Origin: Octopus sinensis
Taxonomy: Eukaryota
NCBI RefSeq assembly: GCF_006345805.1
Contig: NC_043002.1
Coordinates: 84,320,001 to 84,384,000 of the forward strand
DNA length: 64,000 bases
Reading direction: 5' to 3'
Position numbers and translations under genes: made by a program. Positions 1-13,299 of the stretch are shown in pieces. The number at the start of each line of letters is the position of its first letter. Position 1 is the first letter of the stretch. A model generated the notes under the pieces. The model searched no databases and had not been told where the DNA came from. It saw only the letters and a program-made list of their open reading frames with translations.

Positions 1-2871
1 ATACACACAATCACAGACATAAATGTATATATATTTGAACCAAATTAATTCAAATTTGAACTACTGTCTTTCCAAATGGGAAATGGAAAATGAATAAAAA
101 GAGATGAGTCTACTGAGGTATTTCGTTGGAATACTTTTCAGTGTCTTCACCATATAATACTCCTTCTTGGAGTAGCCATAATAGATCTAAATATTTCCTT
201 CCCTTCAACGTGGATATTTGAGCAATGTGTAAGGTAACAATGTCTCAGAGATGATACTGTGAACTATTGGTTGTCAAGATGGAATCATCTTCATTGTCTC
301 TGAGTTTATATTTCTGTAAACATTTTAAAAATACCTACAGAATTAGCTCTGGTGAAGTATAAATAAATAAATAAAACTTGTTTCCAGACATGACTTTTTT
401 TTTTGTTATTTCATATGACTGATAAATATTTTATTCGCATCATCTTTTTTACGAAAGGATTAAAAAAGAAAGGTTTTGTGGAGTTAACTTTATTTAATCT
501 TATTTGAACACTGAAATATCAATGTCCAGAATTTTGCTTCTATGTTATCATTTCCACTACAAGACATGAAGCTGTTGTTGCTTGTTTTACTGATCACATC
601 CATATTCCCAATTCTGGTTGCCTCCTTAGAGATTTACAGTGTAATAGTTACTTTAACTTTTACACTATCTCTCACTCTCTCATACATACACACACATATC
701 ATATCATGAGTTCATCAAATCTACATAGAACATTGTTATTCTCTTGATCAATATTGTTACTCATTGTGTTGTGCTAAAGTATGTAACTGCCATTATCACT
801 TCAGTGTAATGCTTGGCATATATAAAAGCAGTTTATAATCCAGCAATTGCTGAAATAATGTGAATTTGTATAAGCATACAAACTACATTAGCAGATACCA
901 TTGATTAAAGTGGAGTGTGAAGGGATTGTAAAAGCATTAAAAAGAAAATTTCAGATTGGTAAAGAAAATATTTGTTTCTATGCTTGCTTTGCTGGTTTTC
1001 ACAGGAAACCCAAGTCAGTGATATTTTTTTGTTTTCTAGGCAGGTTTGTTAACAGCTGGAGAGAAAACGCACATTACCTTTCTATCTAGAGAGATAAATG
1101 GAGTTGTGATGAAAATAAAGATTAAAAACATAGCTCTTAAACCACAAACTCTTTGGGATTAAGATATCAATAGTTATATCCAAGCTTGTTGATGACTTTA
1201 GTGGCTTATGTTCTCTGGAACTACTCCCACTGTAATCTGTGCATATATATATATATATATATATAAATTTTTTCCAAATGTTTATTGCACAGTTGTATGG
1301 ATCTAATATGGAAAAAAAACCTTCACTCACAGCTTCATCAGCTAAATGTTATGTGAATGTTGGCAAATTAATTTTTAAAAATATCAATGTATTTTCATCC
1401 CATCCATTCATTCATAAGCATGCATATGCGCACAGTAAACTATAAGCTTATTTTGTAATATTTTGTGTGTGTGTGTGTGTGTGTGTTTTATTGTTTAAAT
1501 TGTGAGCATTGTAGAGTAAAATACGTGAAGTTCAAATGCTAGTGATTCCCGGTTGCTTCAATTTCAATTCTCACATCCTCTACCCCACAAAGAACAATGG
1601 GCTCATAACCCTCTGATTACTAAACATCAGGCTAATGAATCTATTTATCACCTTCATTAAATAAATGAAGTATTTGACTGAGACATTGGCAACACAAGCA
1701 ACAGCTCCTTTTGGATGTCTTTCATATATATATATTATTAAAATCTTATGTATTGATTAAGTCTTTCCTTGTTTGTTTTGCAAAATAGTGGTTTTGTCTC
1801 TAATAATATTTTATATATATATATATATATATAATGTTTGCAAATAAAATTTACATGTGTATGTTTAATAAGTATACAATCAGCCTTGCTGTTTATTAAA
1901 CATCTGCTTGTTAATATATTTACAAAATTTATCATTAGGCAAAGCTGTCTCTACTTTACCTAAACATAGGTATATGTATTTGTGTGTGTATGTAGTGAAG
2001 GGGTCAGAAGCTTATGATTAAAGAAAGTAAATTATACATCTTCAGTATCTTGAGCTTTTTCTTGTCGTATTTGGAATCTGATTCCATTCCATCTCCTTAT
2101 ACATTTATTTTATGTATATATTTATATGTGTGTGTGTGAAACAAAATTGTTTTTATTTGTCCCTGCTCCTCTCTGTCGCTCTCTTCCTCAGACATCATGG
2201 GTTGTTAAATTTTTTTTTTAAATTTCTATCCAATTTTCAACTCTGCTATTGATCATTACAAATCTATCAGAGTGTAAACAAAACAAAAAAAGTTAACATC
2301 ATGTATTGAAACACTCTTATAAATTTGAATATTAGCATTACTGGAAATGGGCTAAAATTACATTTAAAAAGTTATAATCTTTCACTTTTTTATTGTTTAA
2401 AAAAAGATGTTAAATATAAAAAATAAAAAAAAATAAAGAATTTCAACTGTAAGTTGGAAAAATGTTATGAAAATAACCAGAGGCCAATCTTTGAAATTTT
2501 CTCTCTCCTTTCTATCCTCTCTTGGCTTCATTGCAGCTTGGTTTGAATTTAAAGAAGAAAAATATAATAAAAAGGAATACAAAAAAAAAAGAAAAATTTT
2601 AAAATGACATTTATAAAATATTGTTTTTTGCTTTCTTCCTGTCATGCATGTTTTTTTGTTTTTTTTCATTGAATTTATTCAACATATGTAAGGTATTACC
2701 TTGTGTAACTTAATTGGTTTGTATTGTCATCTTTCAATTATTTGTTGTTGGTATCAACATTGTTAGATAAACTGTGAGTGTCTCACACACACAAGTATCT
2801 CCAAGTCACAGGTTACTTGACATCAAACCTTACCTTGCCATACATTGTTTATATATTATTGGAACACATGT

Positions 2872-3090
2872 GAAAGTGGCAAGTTGGCAGAACCATTAGC
2901 ATACTAGAAGAAATGTTTAGTAGCACTCTTGGTTTTATGTTCTGAGTTCAAGTGCTGGCATAGTCATCTTTGCCTTTCATCCTTTTGGGGTCAGTAAAGC
3001 AAGTACCTGTTAAGTTCTGGGGTTGATGTAACTGACTAACCCCCTGTCCCAAAATTTTGGGCTTTGTGCCTATAGTAGAAAGAATTATTG
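2872..3090 (+). mobile_element. SINE family B, old copy
   Basis: Head ggcaagttggcagaaccattagca, core tttgcctttcatccttttggggtc..aagtacc, tail ttgtgcctatagtagaaag; matches the younger copy at 7173. Confidence 0.75.
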
Positions 3091-3419
3091 AAGCCTGATA
3101 GAAATAGCAGCCTTCAAGTTGTACTCAACTACTGTATGGGGGTGGGGGTGGGGCACTAATATGTAGTCCTGGGTGCACTGTATCTGGAAAAAAGTCAGAA
3201 TAGTTATTGTTAGAACACTTCTGATCTTAGAAATAAAATTCAAACGTCTTTTAGATCACAATCCTAGTCTTAACTGGTTTGATCTGACCTATTATATCTG
3301 ATATTGATCATGTAAGTCAGTTCTACTTATTTCATGGTCGGTTATGAAGCTGTCACCGTGATATGTAGGGGATGAATGGACATTCTGACAGAAAAAAAAA
3401 AGATCTGTAGGAATGGATA

Positions 3420-3840
3420 AACTCAACAGGGAGTAAGTGGCCATTCATCAAACTTGCAAATAGAGCAGGAGACCATGTTAAAACTTTTGAGTCTAGCATT
3501 GCTAGTTCTCTTGAAAAATCTTCTGATTGTCTCAGATGTACTAGCTCTGCCTTTTCTCTGACTAAAGGAAACCCCAAGGGGAGAAGCCATGCCAATGATT
3601 TGGCATGGCTGTTTGGACCCTGGTTGACTGGATGCTGAACTTGTTTTCACAACAATACCTGTTAACACTCGAGACAAACATGTGTATGCCTGCTTCTTAA
3701 TGTTTTCTCCTACTCAGTTTTTCTGCTCTTGGCATCAAAATTCAAATTCACTACCAATTCTTTGTCCAAGATGTACAGAAATCCATTGTAAGACAAATGT
3801 TTCTTTTCCATGATTCATCAATATTTCACTAGCCATCATA
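3420..3840 (-). pseudogene. Possible decayed MULE/FLYWCH-type transposase N-terminus
   Basis: With frameshifts reads MASEILMNHGK/KHLSYNGFLYILDK..EFEF*C, resembling a FLYWCH finger; heavily decayed. Confidence 0.25.
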
Positions 3841-5010
3841 TATGTAAAGTGAAGTAGGAAGTTAAATGAAGTTTTGTACTCAATTATATAAGTAGTTGTG
3901 TCAACTAAAATAAAAGCAAAATTTTTATGGTGCCAAAACACCTGATGTAAAATAGGACAGTTGCATACCCTTTCTTCCAGAATCAGTTTCTAGAAATTAT
4001 GGAACAGTTTGTACCTTTTCTAATATGATATCAACATCAAGTTAGACGTCAGTTGTCAAAAGTCAGAAACTGAAGTATTACTGTGTCATAATATATGACA
4101 AATGGCAACCTATCTCTAATGAATGTGACCATACAAGGCCAAATCATTGTCAAATGATGATGATGGTGTTAATTAACCTGGTAATAAAAGTTTAGGAAGA
4201 TCACAAAAGAAGGTAGTTAGATAACTTCAAGGAATAGACTGAAGGAAGATGGTTGAAAATATGATGTTGCTTAATGACCAATAAGGATGATGGTTGTATC
4301 TCTTGCTGTGAATATATGGGTTCTTTAGATTATAAATTTTATTGATGAGATGTATGCAAATGATAAAAAAGACATTTTTTTGTAATAGAAAATTTCTATA
4401 TGATTGTTGAAGGAAAATTTCATCATTAACAGTTTAAATGATAACACTTTGACATTTCAGTAACCATTTTAAGTGGACCATCCATTCTTCTAAGCTGCAC
4501 AAATTGTGATGAGATTTCACTGACATTTTCATTGGTTTAAAATGCTGTTCTAGAACTTCCAGTGCAGTCATCTGGACAGTACTTGAAATAAGCTAATATT
4601 TGTATCTATCTTGGCAACATTAAGAAAATTATATAACAGAATTGAAGTTTGTAGTCAACGGCTAAACATGCTTGAGATATAGATTGTCATACTTAAAACT
4701 TCTGAGGAAAGGTGATAGAGATAGAGAACAATGACAAATGATTATCTGACATCTATAGAACTAATACATACGGAAAACATAATGAACTTTATATTTCAAG
4801 TTGTCTAGTAGTTTATTAAACAAATGAAACTCAAACTAAGTAGTGGTGTGGTTCAGTTGGTAACTATTGGAGACATTAGAGCATCCAGTTCAAGTTTTTT
4901 AAGAAATGATTTAATCTGTTGTTTTCTTTTGTTTTCTTTTGGCAATCAAATTTCATATTCATTTGACCATCTGAGGTCACTCACAAGAAATTGATCTTTA
5001 TTGTTTTATT

Positions 5011-5401
5011 TCTTTACTCTCTTTTACTTGTTTCAGTCATTTGACTGCGGCCCTGCTAGAGCACCGCTTTTAGTCAAGCAAATCGACCCCAGGACTTACT
5101 CTTTGTAAGCCTAGTACTTATTCTGTCGGTCTCTTTTGCCGAATCGCTAAGTTACGGGGACGTAAACACACCACCATCGGTTGTCAAGTGATGCTGGGGG
5201 GACAAACACAGACACAAACATATACACTCGCATGCATATATATATACATATATATAACAGGTTTCTTTCAGTTTCTGTCTACCAAATCCACTCACAAGGC
5301 TTTGGTCGGCCCGAGGCAATAGTAGAAGACACTTGCCCAAGGTGACACACAGTGGGAATGAACCCAGAACCATGTGGTTGATAAGCAAGCTACTTACCAC
5401 A
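5011..5401 (-). mobile_element. SINE family A (tRNA-derived, internal microsatellite)
   Basis: Reverse complement has the head gtggtaagtagcttgc..ggttcattcccactg, internal (TA/TG)n and 3' end gactgaaacaagtaaaagagagtaaaga. Confidence 0.9.
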
Positions 5402-5406
5402 TTCAA

Positions 5407-5639
5407 TTAACCATTTAGCATTCACATTATTCTTTCAAAAGTAATGCTTGCTTATACGCATTGTTTTGAACTAATCATGGATAATTTAGTAGTTATGAAA
5501 TTTTGATGCTGTAACTGTTAATTTTTTTAGAGCGGCATTCTAGGTTAGGTGCGAGAAACCACATCTAGCCTGTTTGAACATAAAACAAGTAGAATATTTT
5601 GGTCAGATATAGCTGGTTTAAATGCTAAAGGCATTTTAA
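5407..5639 (+). mobile_element. TTAA-bounded (piggyBac-like) MITE
   Basis: Ends ttaaccatttagcatt ... aatgctaaagg; same internal sequence at 13608, 19341 and 44612. Confidence 0.7.
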
Positions 5640-5640
5640 T

Positions 5641-5799
5641 GTAGGCATGGCAGTATGGTTAAGATGCTTTCTTCCCATCCGTGTCGTCTTGGGTTCAGTC
5701 CCAACATGTAGCACTTTGGGTAAGTGTCTCTCCTGGGCCAACAAAAGCCTTGTGAGTAGATGTTATTGATGGAAACTGAAACAAGCCTGTAGCATATGT
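5641..5799 (+). mobile_element. SINE family A 5' half (old), cut by a CR1
   Basis: gggttcagtccca..ttgggtaagtgtct..ccttgtgagtagat..ggaaactgaaa. Confidence 0.7.
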
Positions 5800-6208
5800 A
5801 TATGAAAAAAGGCTGAAGACGCTTGACCTTTATTCTCTAGAAAAATGATGCCGCCGTGGTGATCTCATTTTCGCTCACAACATCATAAGCAGAAAGTGTA
5901 ACCTCTCGAAAGAGCTGTTCTTCACTCCTGCTCCAGAGCGTGGGCTGCGGGGTCACTCCTAAAAGCTCTATCTGCGACGATTTCATCTCAATCGAAGGAG
6001 AGGGGCTTTCTCCGTCCGGGTTGTGGATCTATGGAATAAGCTGCTGGACGAGATAGTGAAGATGCCGACGACTGCTCGGTTCAAAGTCTCTCTTGACCAG
6101 AAATGGCCTGAACTCTTTGCATGAACACCCTCCCTGTACATAACTCCATGTCCCCCTACATGGCCTTGCTTTTTGCTTTTTGAGCCAAAAAATTAACTTA
6201 ACTTAACT
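5800..6208 (+). mobile_element. CR1-clade LINE 3' fragment
   Basis: Translates YEKRLKTLDLYSLEK*CRRGDLI..RGHS*KL..FSVRVVDLWNKL..FKVSLD, a typical CR1 ORF2 C-terminus; (taact)n tail. Confidence 0.9.
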
Positions 6209-6229
6209 ATATGCATGTGTGTGTATGTA

Positions 6230-7125
6230 TGTCTCTACCCAAAAGTAACCAGAAACATTCTCTGTGGGAAAACCTGTTATAGTTCAGGTTTCCATCGCTA
6301 GAAGCCATTTGATGCAACCCTCAGGTATCTGTCTGCTGACCAGTGGCATCGACTGTAGTTGTACTGCCACATGGTGTGTCTTTCCTTTGCTTTGCAATCC
6401 TTCCCTGTTTGTCGATTTTTGCAATGGCTGAAACGAAGGAACAGTGTATTTCTGTGAAATTCTGTTTTCTACTGGGGAAAACAGCAGCTGAAACAGTTGT
6501 TATGCTTCAAACAGCTTACAAGGATGCTGCCATGAGCAAAACACAAGTTTATGAGTGGTTTCTGTGCTTTATGAGTGGTCACTTATTGTTTGAAGACCAA
6601 CCTTGTTCAAGATGACTGTCGACCTCCCAAATGAATGAAAACATCACGAAATTCATGAACTGATCTTGGAGGACCATCGCTGAACAATTGATCAACTTGT
6701 TGATATGACTGATGTGTCTTGGAGCTCCTGCTAACGAATTTTGAGTGAGGAATTGTGAATGAAAAGAGTTGCAACAAAATTTGTGCCTTGCTTGCTCATG
6801 GAAGATCAAAAGCACTCAGGACTAAATGCATGTCGTGAACTGGCAGAAAATTTTGCAAGTTGATCTGGACCTTTTTTCAAAGGTCATCACTGGCAATGAA
6901 AGCTGGTGCTACAGAATTTGCAGATGTGGAAGAGGTGAAGAAAAAAAATGACAGGTGTGTTAAAAGGCATCACTTTGCAAGAATTCCAGCACTGCTTTGA
7001 ATAGTGGAAAACGTGCCTAGACCAATGCATTGCTTCAAATGCAGAATACTTCAAAAGCAATAAAAGTGTAAACGTAAAGCTAAGTGAATAAAATAATATT
7101 GCAAATTTCCAGTTTTTGTGTATAT
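6230..7125 (+). mobile_element. mariner transposon relic, internally deleted
   Basis: ATG at 6424: MAETKEQCISVKFCFLLGKTAAETVVMLQTAYKDAAMSKTQVYEWF (HTH), then AxKFVP and ITGNESWCY joined almost directly to C-terminal FADVEE..W..C..SNAEYF; most of the catalytic domain is missing; stops and frameshifts. Confidence 0.9.
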
Positions 7126-7172
7126 AATGTATGTATTTTGTAGACAAAAACTTAAAGACAGCCTTAAAGATA

Positions 7173-7406
7173 AGGGCGACGAGCTGGCAGAAACGTTAGC
7201 ACACCAGGCGAAATACTTAGGGCTATTTCGTCTGCCATTACGTTCTGGGTTCAAATTCCACCAAGGTCGACTTTGCCTTTCGTCCTTTTGGGGTTGATAA
7301 ATTAAGTACCAGTTACGCACTGGGGTCGATGTAATCGACTTAATCCCTTTGTCTGTCCTTGTTTGTCCCCTCCCTGTTTAGCCCCTTGTGGGCAATAAAG
7401 AAATAA
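7173..7406 (+). mobile_element. SINE family B, full length, with TSD
   Basis: ggcgacgagctggcagaaacgttagc..gcctttcgtccttttggggttgataaattaagtaccag..gggcaataaagaaata; gccttaaaga on both flanks. Confidence 0.9.
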
Positions 7407-7763
7407 AGGCCTTAAAGACAGCAGTCTTTAAGTTTTTGTCTACCAAACTCGATTACAAGGCTTTGGTCAAACTGAGGCTATAGTAGAAGAGGTTTACCAA
7501 AAGCAATTGGGAAGTGAACTTGTGAGTGTGTGTTTGTATGTGTGCAAAAGATTGCAAAATTCTGGCTTCTTTTGGGTACCCTCTTGTATGGAATGCATGA
7601 ACACATACAGATAAGAGTAAAGCACAGATACTTATACATTAAATTGAAACTCATATCCACCACACAAATACGAATTATCCATGAGCACAAACATGTGTAT
7701 AGACACACACCAGCCAATTCAGACAACCACGAACCTAAACCCCCCACGCCCCCACCAACAATT

Positions 7764-8153
7764 CTCTTTCTCTTTTTTCTCTTTTACTTGTTTCAGTTAT
7801 TTGAGTGTGGCCATCCTGGAGCACCACCTTTAGTCAAGCAAATTGACCCCAGAACTTACTCTTTGGAAGCTGAACTGCTAAGTTACGGGGACATAAACAC
7901 ACCACCATCGGTTGTCAAGCGATGTTGGGGGGACAAACACAGACACACATACATATATGTATATACATATATATATATATACATATATACGACAGGCTTC
8001 TTTCACTTTCCGTCTACCATATCCACTCACAAAGCTTTGGTCAGCCTAAGGTTATAGTAGAAGACACTTGCCCAAGGTGCCACGCAGTGAGAATGAACCT
8101 GGAACCATGTGGTTGGTAAGCAAGCTACTTACCACACAGCCACTCCTGCACCT
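7764..8153 (-). mobile_element. SINE family A
   Basis: Complete head and 3' end; small internal deletion near 7870. Confidence 0.9.
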
Positions 8154-8534
8154 GTCTTAATTAAAACAAAAAAAAGCCTTGCCTCTTGGTTAGTGGTTAG
8201 ATTGAATTCTCTAAATAAAAAAAAAATGATGTGACTAATGGTGTACTGAGGTACTAAAATTGATCAATATAATTTGCAGCTGGATCAATTTTTGAAATAA
8301 AAATTTAATATTTTATTGATTGCACACTAAATATATATAAACAGCATAACTTGTGTAAAATAGATAGAAATAATGTAAATATGCTATGATTAAATGGTTT
8401 CTACTTGGCTAATGAGGCTATGAGAAATATCATAGAAGACTCCCTTGAATGACATTCAAGCAAGCTGAAAAAAATACGTTGGGTAGTGTTTGTATGAAAT
8501 ACAGTGATGTTAGAAAAAAAAAGGGCAATGTTAA

Positions 8535-8740
8535 GGTTCAAGCATGGCTGTGCAGTTAAGAAGCTGTCTTTGCAACTATGTGGTTCTGGGTTCAGTCCCA
8601 CTGCATGGAACTTTGGGCAACTGTCTTCTATTACAGCTCACAGTTGTCTAATGTGTCTTTGTGAGGGAATTTAATAGAAACTGCATGGAAGCCTATTGTA
8701 TAAATGTGTGTGTATGTATAAGTATATATTTGCCACCATC
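8535..8740 (+). mobile_element. SINE family A 5' half, old
   Basis: tggctgtgcagttaagaagc..gggttcagtcccactgcatggaactttgggcaa. Confidence 0.65.
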
Positions 8741-8893
8741 TCGATCCTGCGGTCTCCCACTCTCTCTCTCGCTCTCTCCTCCTACACTTCCCTCAGATTC
8801 AGTAACAGTGTATTTTCTTTGAGGTAGCACAACTGTTTCTGTCTTCATTCCTGATCTTTCTCACTCTGGCCAGGTAACCTTGTACTTCCTCTG

Positions 8894-9152
8894 CAGCAAA
8901 TCGATCCAGGACATATTCTTTGTAAGCCTAGTACTTATTCTATCGGTTTCTCTTGCCGAACCGCTAAGTGATGTGGATGTAAACACACCAGCATCGGTTG
9001 TCAAGTGATGTTGGGGGGACAAACACAGACACACAAATATATATATATATATATATATACGACGGGCTTCTTTCAGTTTCCGTCTACCAAATCCATTCAC
9101 AAGGCTTTGGTCGGCCTGAGGCTATACTAGAAGACACTTGCCCAAGGTGCCA
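8894..9152 (-). mobile_element. SINE family A, truncated at both ends
   Basis: High similarity to the central part of the other A copies. Confidence 0.85.
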
Positions 9153-9562
9153 AGTATTTTAAGTGTAAACAGGCACTGTTATTTTTTAAGCATTTATTTC
9201 TAGAATGAAAATAATGTCATTTGACACATTAAATATTTAATCTATTATTTACTAAACATGCCTTGTGCACATTTTAATGATTTATCCCATTTGTGCATGA
9301 TACTAATGAGTAGTGTCCATACCATAATGTAGGATGTCCTTTCACATTTGAGATGTCTGCATACAGAATACGTAGTGAGTTTTTATCAACTGACTTAAAG
9401 TAATAGATATGTTACTAAGTTAAGTTTATCACTAAAACTCCAGCTTGAACAATTGAAAGCATAATACTGAAACTGCATATCAGAGGCAGCTAGATTAAAA
9501 TAAAAATGAAAAAGTAAAATGTTTGACATCACTTGAAAAGGACATGTTTATGTAGATGTCTA

Positions 9563-9954
9563 TCTCTCTCTATATAAAGCTGAAGTTGTCTGTGTATGGC
9601 AGGTTTGGTAGCCTTCAACTAACACTGTCTCCTCCGAGACTCTGCGGCACAAGTTGACCAAAATTGAGAGGATGATAGAAGAAGGCTTGCTCTTCCTTCC
9701 GTAGGAGAAAAAATTCAAATCAGACCATGGTAACACCAAAAATTATTTACATCAAAAAGGTGCTTTTTTCCTATGAAAATCCCTATTTTTTACGATTTTT
9801 TGACTGCTGTGTCACCATTTTTCGGTGTATTTCAACCAGAAAAATGTTCACTTAAAGAAAATAACAAGCTACATAATGCAAAATTTTTACTTTTCAAAAA
9901 TTCCAATTTTAAAGGCTCGAAACAAACCCGAGCAATGCCGGGCGATACTGCTAG
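9563..9954 (+). mobile_element. Non-autonomous Helitron (~390 bp)
   Basis: 5' A|TC..tatataaa start, subterminal hairpin cccgagcaatgccggg (9927-9942), 3' CTAG|T end, no TSD. Confidence 0.85.
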
Positions 9955-10200
9955 TATATATATATATATGTATATGTGTCTATGTGTATGTGGATTTGTG
10001 TATGTGTTTGTTCTCCACCACTGCTTGACAATAGATAGTTTGTTTAAGTCCTTGTGTCATAGTGGCTTTGCAAAAAAGACCAGCAGAATAAGTACTAGAT
10101 TCAAAAATAAGTACTGGGGTTGATTTATTTGATTAAACCTTTCAAAGCAGTGCCCCAGCATGGCTGCAGTCCAGTGACTGGAATAAAGAAAAGAAAAAAG
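9955..10200 (+). mobile_element. SINE family A 3' half, old
   Basis: gcttgacaa..gaataagtact..ctggggttgatt..cccagcatggctgcagtc. Confidence 0.75.
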
Positions 10201-10227
10201 TAATAATAAAAGATAGGATGATTGTAT

Positions 10228-10635
10228 TGAGTGGCTTTGTGTTAAGTAGCTTGCTTACCAACCACATGGTCAGGGGTTCAGTCCCACTGCGTGGCACCTT
10301 GGGAAGGTGTCTTCTACAATAGCCTCGGGCCGACCAAAACCTTGTGAGTGGATTTGGTAGATGGAAACTGGAAGAAGCCCGTCGTATGTGTGTTTGTATG
10401 TGTGTGTGTGTGTGTGCGTGTGTGTGTGTATGTTTGTGTGTCTGTGTTTGTCCCCCCAACATCGCTTGACAACTGATGCTGGTGTGTTTATGTCCCCATA
10501 ACTTAGCAGTTCAGCAAAAAAGACCAATACAATAAGTACTAGACTTACAAAGAATAAGCTCAAGGATCAATTTGCTCGACTAAAGGTGGTGCTCCAGTAT
10601 GGCCACAGTCAGATGACTGAAACAAGTAAAAGAAA
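10228..10635 (+). mobile_element. SINE family A
   Basis: Near-complete copy with internal (TG)n. Confidence 0.9.
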
Positions 10636-11814
10636 AAAATAAAGAATATTGAACAAAGCTGACTTGGGGCTAAACAACACCACTTCTGTATGTTATGAAA
10701 CATAAATGTTTTCATGCAGAAAACAGGCAACTTAAAAATTATCTTTTTTTTTTCTATTGTTTCATTTCTTTGCTTCTAATGAACAAAAAAAGAATGTTAA
10801 CAAGAGACTGGATAATTTCCAACAGGGATTAACAAGGATTATATTTTTCAGGAAATAGACAAAGTAAAAAAGAGAGTAACAGTTGGATTAAGCTCAAGGA
10901 TAAAAGTATTACATAGATCTATTTTTAATTGCAATTAACATATGAAGCTTTTGATTTATCTGAGTTACTGAACATCTTAGTTAAACCAATACAGACACAT
11001 TTTATATAATAAAAATGTTTTTTTTTTATCCAGCAAATATGAAAGTCTGTTTATCTGACTAATGTTATTTGGCAGAGTTACCAAGTCCAGTAACAAATTA
11101 GTAAGCTATTTTAGGTCCTGTTTCTCATTACACTGTGTAACACGATTTTTGTCCTTGGGTAGCAACTGTTATTCCCTATTTGCTTGCCCCTAGAAAATAT
11201 GAAAAATGGTTAATATTTCCTTCAAACTTTGCTTTTGTTACATTCATTCAAACTCCAAAGAATCCCTCTCAACACATGGTTATGATGCTCTCTCACTGCT
11301 CCTGCACATGATCAGAGATGCCCATATTGTCAGCCACTAAGGGACATGCTCAAATGGGTATGGTCAAGCAACTGACAAGCAAGTCTGTGGTGCTGAGCAG
11401 AATATTTAGTATTATGATATTTCTGCTTCAGCAACTCAGTGCTGAATCTACCTGAAATGTAATGGAAAATAGGTCAGTTTCAAAACATTGATGTTCAGGT
11501 CACAAAAGCAAAGTTTGAAAGGAATTGTAGTCATTTCCTTTGATTTCTAGATAGAAGCAAATAAGAAATAACACTTACTAACCAAAGACAAAAAAAAAAA
11601 TTAAATTTTGCTACACAGTGTTATTGCCCTATTGATCAAATATGGTCACTGTCTAGAATAAAAACAAAAGAACATATGGTAATGAGATAGAAGCTGGAGT
11701 TGTTCAGGAATGAGGCATCTTGTAATGTCCATGAATTCCTTTAACTTCAATTTCTCTCACTATCTTCAATTTTTGATGGGGTACATATTTCAGATATCTA
11801 GGAAGTATTCTTTA

Positions 11815-12165
11815 ATCATCATCATCATCGTTTAACGTCTGCTTTCCATGCTACCATGGGTTGGACGATTTGACTGAGGACTGGCAAACCAGATGGCTGC
11901 ACCAGCCTCCAGTCTGATCTGGCAGAGTTTCTACAGCTGGATGCCTTTCCTAACGTCAACCACTCCGAGAGTCTAATGGGTGCTTTTACATGCCACCAGC
12001 ACAAGGGCCAATCAGGCGGTACTGGCAACGGCCACACTCAGATGGTGTTTTTTATGTGCTACCTGCATAGGAACCAGTCCAGCGGCACTGGCAACGACCT
12101 CGCTTCGAATGTTTTTCATGTGCCACCAGCACAGGTGCTAGTAGGGTGACGCAGGTAATGATCAC
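11815..12165 (-). mobile_element. RTE-type LINE 3'UTR fragment with hairpin-unit array
   Basis: (cat)n tail, cgtttaacgtc, ccatgctaccatgg, ggatgcctttcctaacg and about three array units. Confidence 0.85.
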
Positions 12166-12611
12166 ACTGTGTGTGTATGTGCGTGTGTGTGTATGTGCAT
12201 GTGCGTGCGCGCGTGTGTATGTGTGTATGTGTGTGTGTGTATTTGTCCCCCAACCGCCACTGGACAACCAGTACTGGTGTGTTTCTGTTCCAGTAACTTA
12301 GCAGTTTGATAAAATAGACTGATAGAATATTGATGTATAACATCATCAAAACTTGTGCATAATATGATTGCAATGTGGTCTAGAGTGACCTACATTTGTG
12401 GAGTGAAGCCAAGCTATTTATTATTGCTTCTTCTGTCCCCTCTCTGGTGGAAGAAAAAACTTTTAGTGCAGTAAATCAAATTTTGACCAAGAATAGGGTA
12501 GAAACAGAGGTAGTGCAATGTGAGGATTTATGACTTTTTGTTAAATTTAGAACTAAATATTGCAAAGTATGTTGCTAGTCGTCAGCCGCAAGGATTACAT
12601 TAATAAGCATC

Positions 12612-12825
12612 AGATGAGAGAAAGTTACCTGGTTTTAAGGGTGTCATGAAAGGCCTAGCAGGAGGTCCAAACTTCCGGGTTCTTTTACAGGGTTTAGGAA
12701 AACTATAGAATTTGTGCAATAAGTGTATGAATCTGAGAACAGGATATGTTGAATCAAATCATTATTAACTGATCCTCCTGTATTTTATTACTCAAAGCCA
12801 GGAACTTTTTAGCACCCCATCATAT
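12612..12825 (-). mobile_element. mariner-derived MITE
   Basis: Inverse copy of 45985 and 52095; TIR aaagccaggaactttttagcacccc; retains tgcaataagtgtatgaatctgaga (CNKCxNLR). Confidence 0.75.
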
Positions 12826-13299
12826 GATATTTTAGTTATATTTATTTTAATCATATTAAATAATGTAAGCAATCATAATTAGTCTTTTTTATTAATATTA
12901 ATAAAAGAATGCCTCTATAATTACCAAAATAAGCTTGTTTATATTTTAAATTCAATTACAACCACTACATTTATTCTCCACTTCCCCAAATTCTGTCATA
13001 AGGGTAGAATTTGAAGGAGGGATGGTAGTAAGCATCCAAGTGTTTTAGGGAGGTATTTGTGGAAAAATGTTGGAAAAACACTGTTATACATGGGCAGTTG
13101 ACTTGCTAGAAACTATAACCAAATATCCCTGAAATTACACAGCCAGGGTAAAGCACATTGAATAATGTAATTAAACACTGATATAGTATAAAGTCTGCCT
13201 CACACCTACTACAGAACATATCCAGATTTTCAAGGTGTTTAGGGGAATGAAAGATAAGATACCCCTTAAGCAGGACATCATGAGGTTAAACCCCAACCA

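Noticed and set aside
1-2860. Host exons or promoter in the AT-rich unique region
   Set aside because: Only short ORFs without recognisable motifs; nothing supportable from sequence alone.
3950-4850. Continuation of a decayed transposase
   Set aside because: Many stop codons and no motif I can identify.
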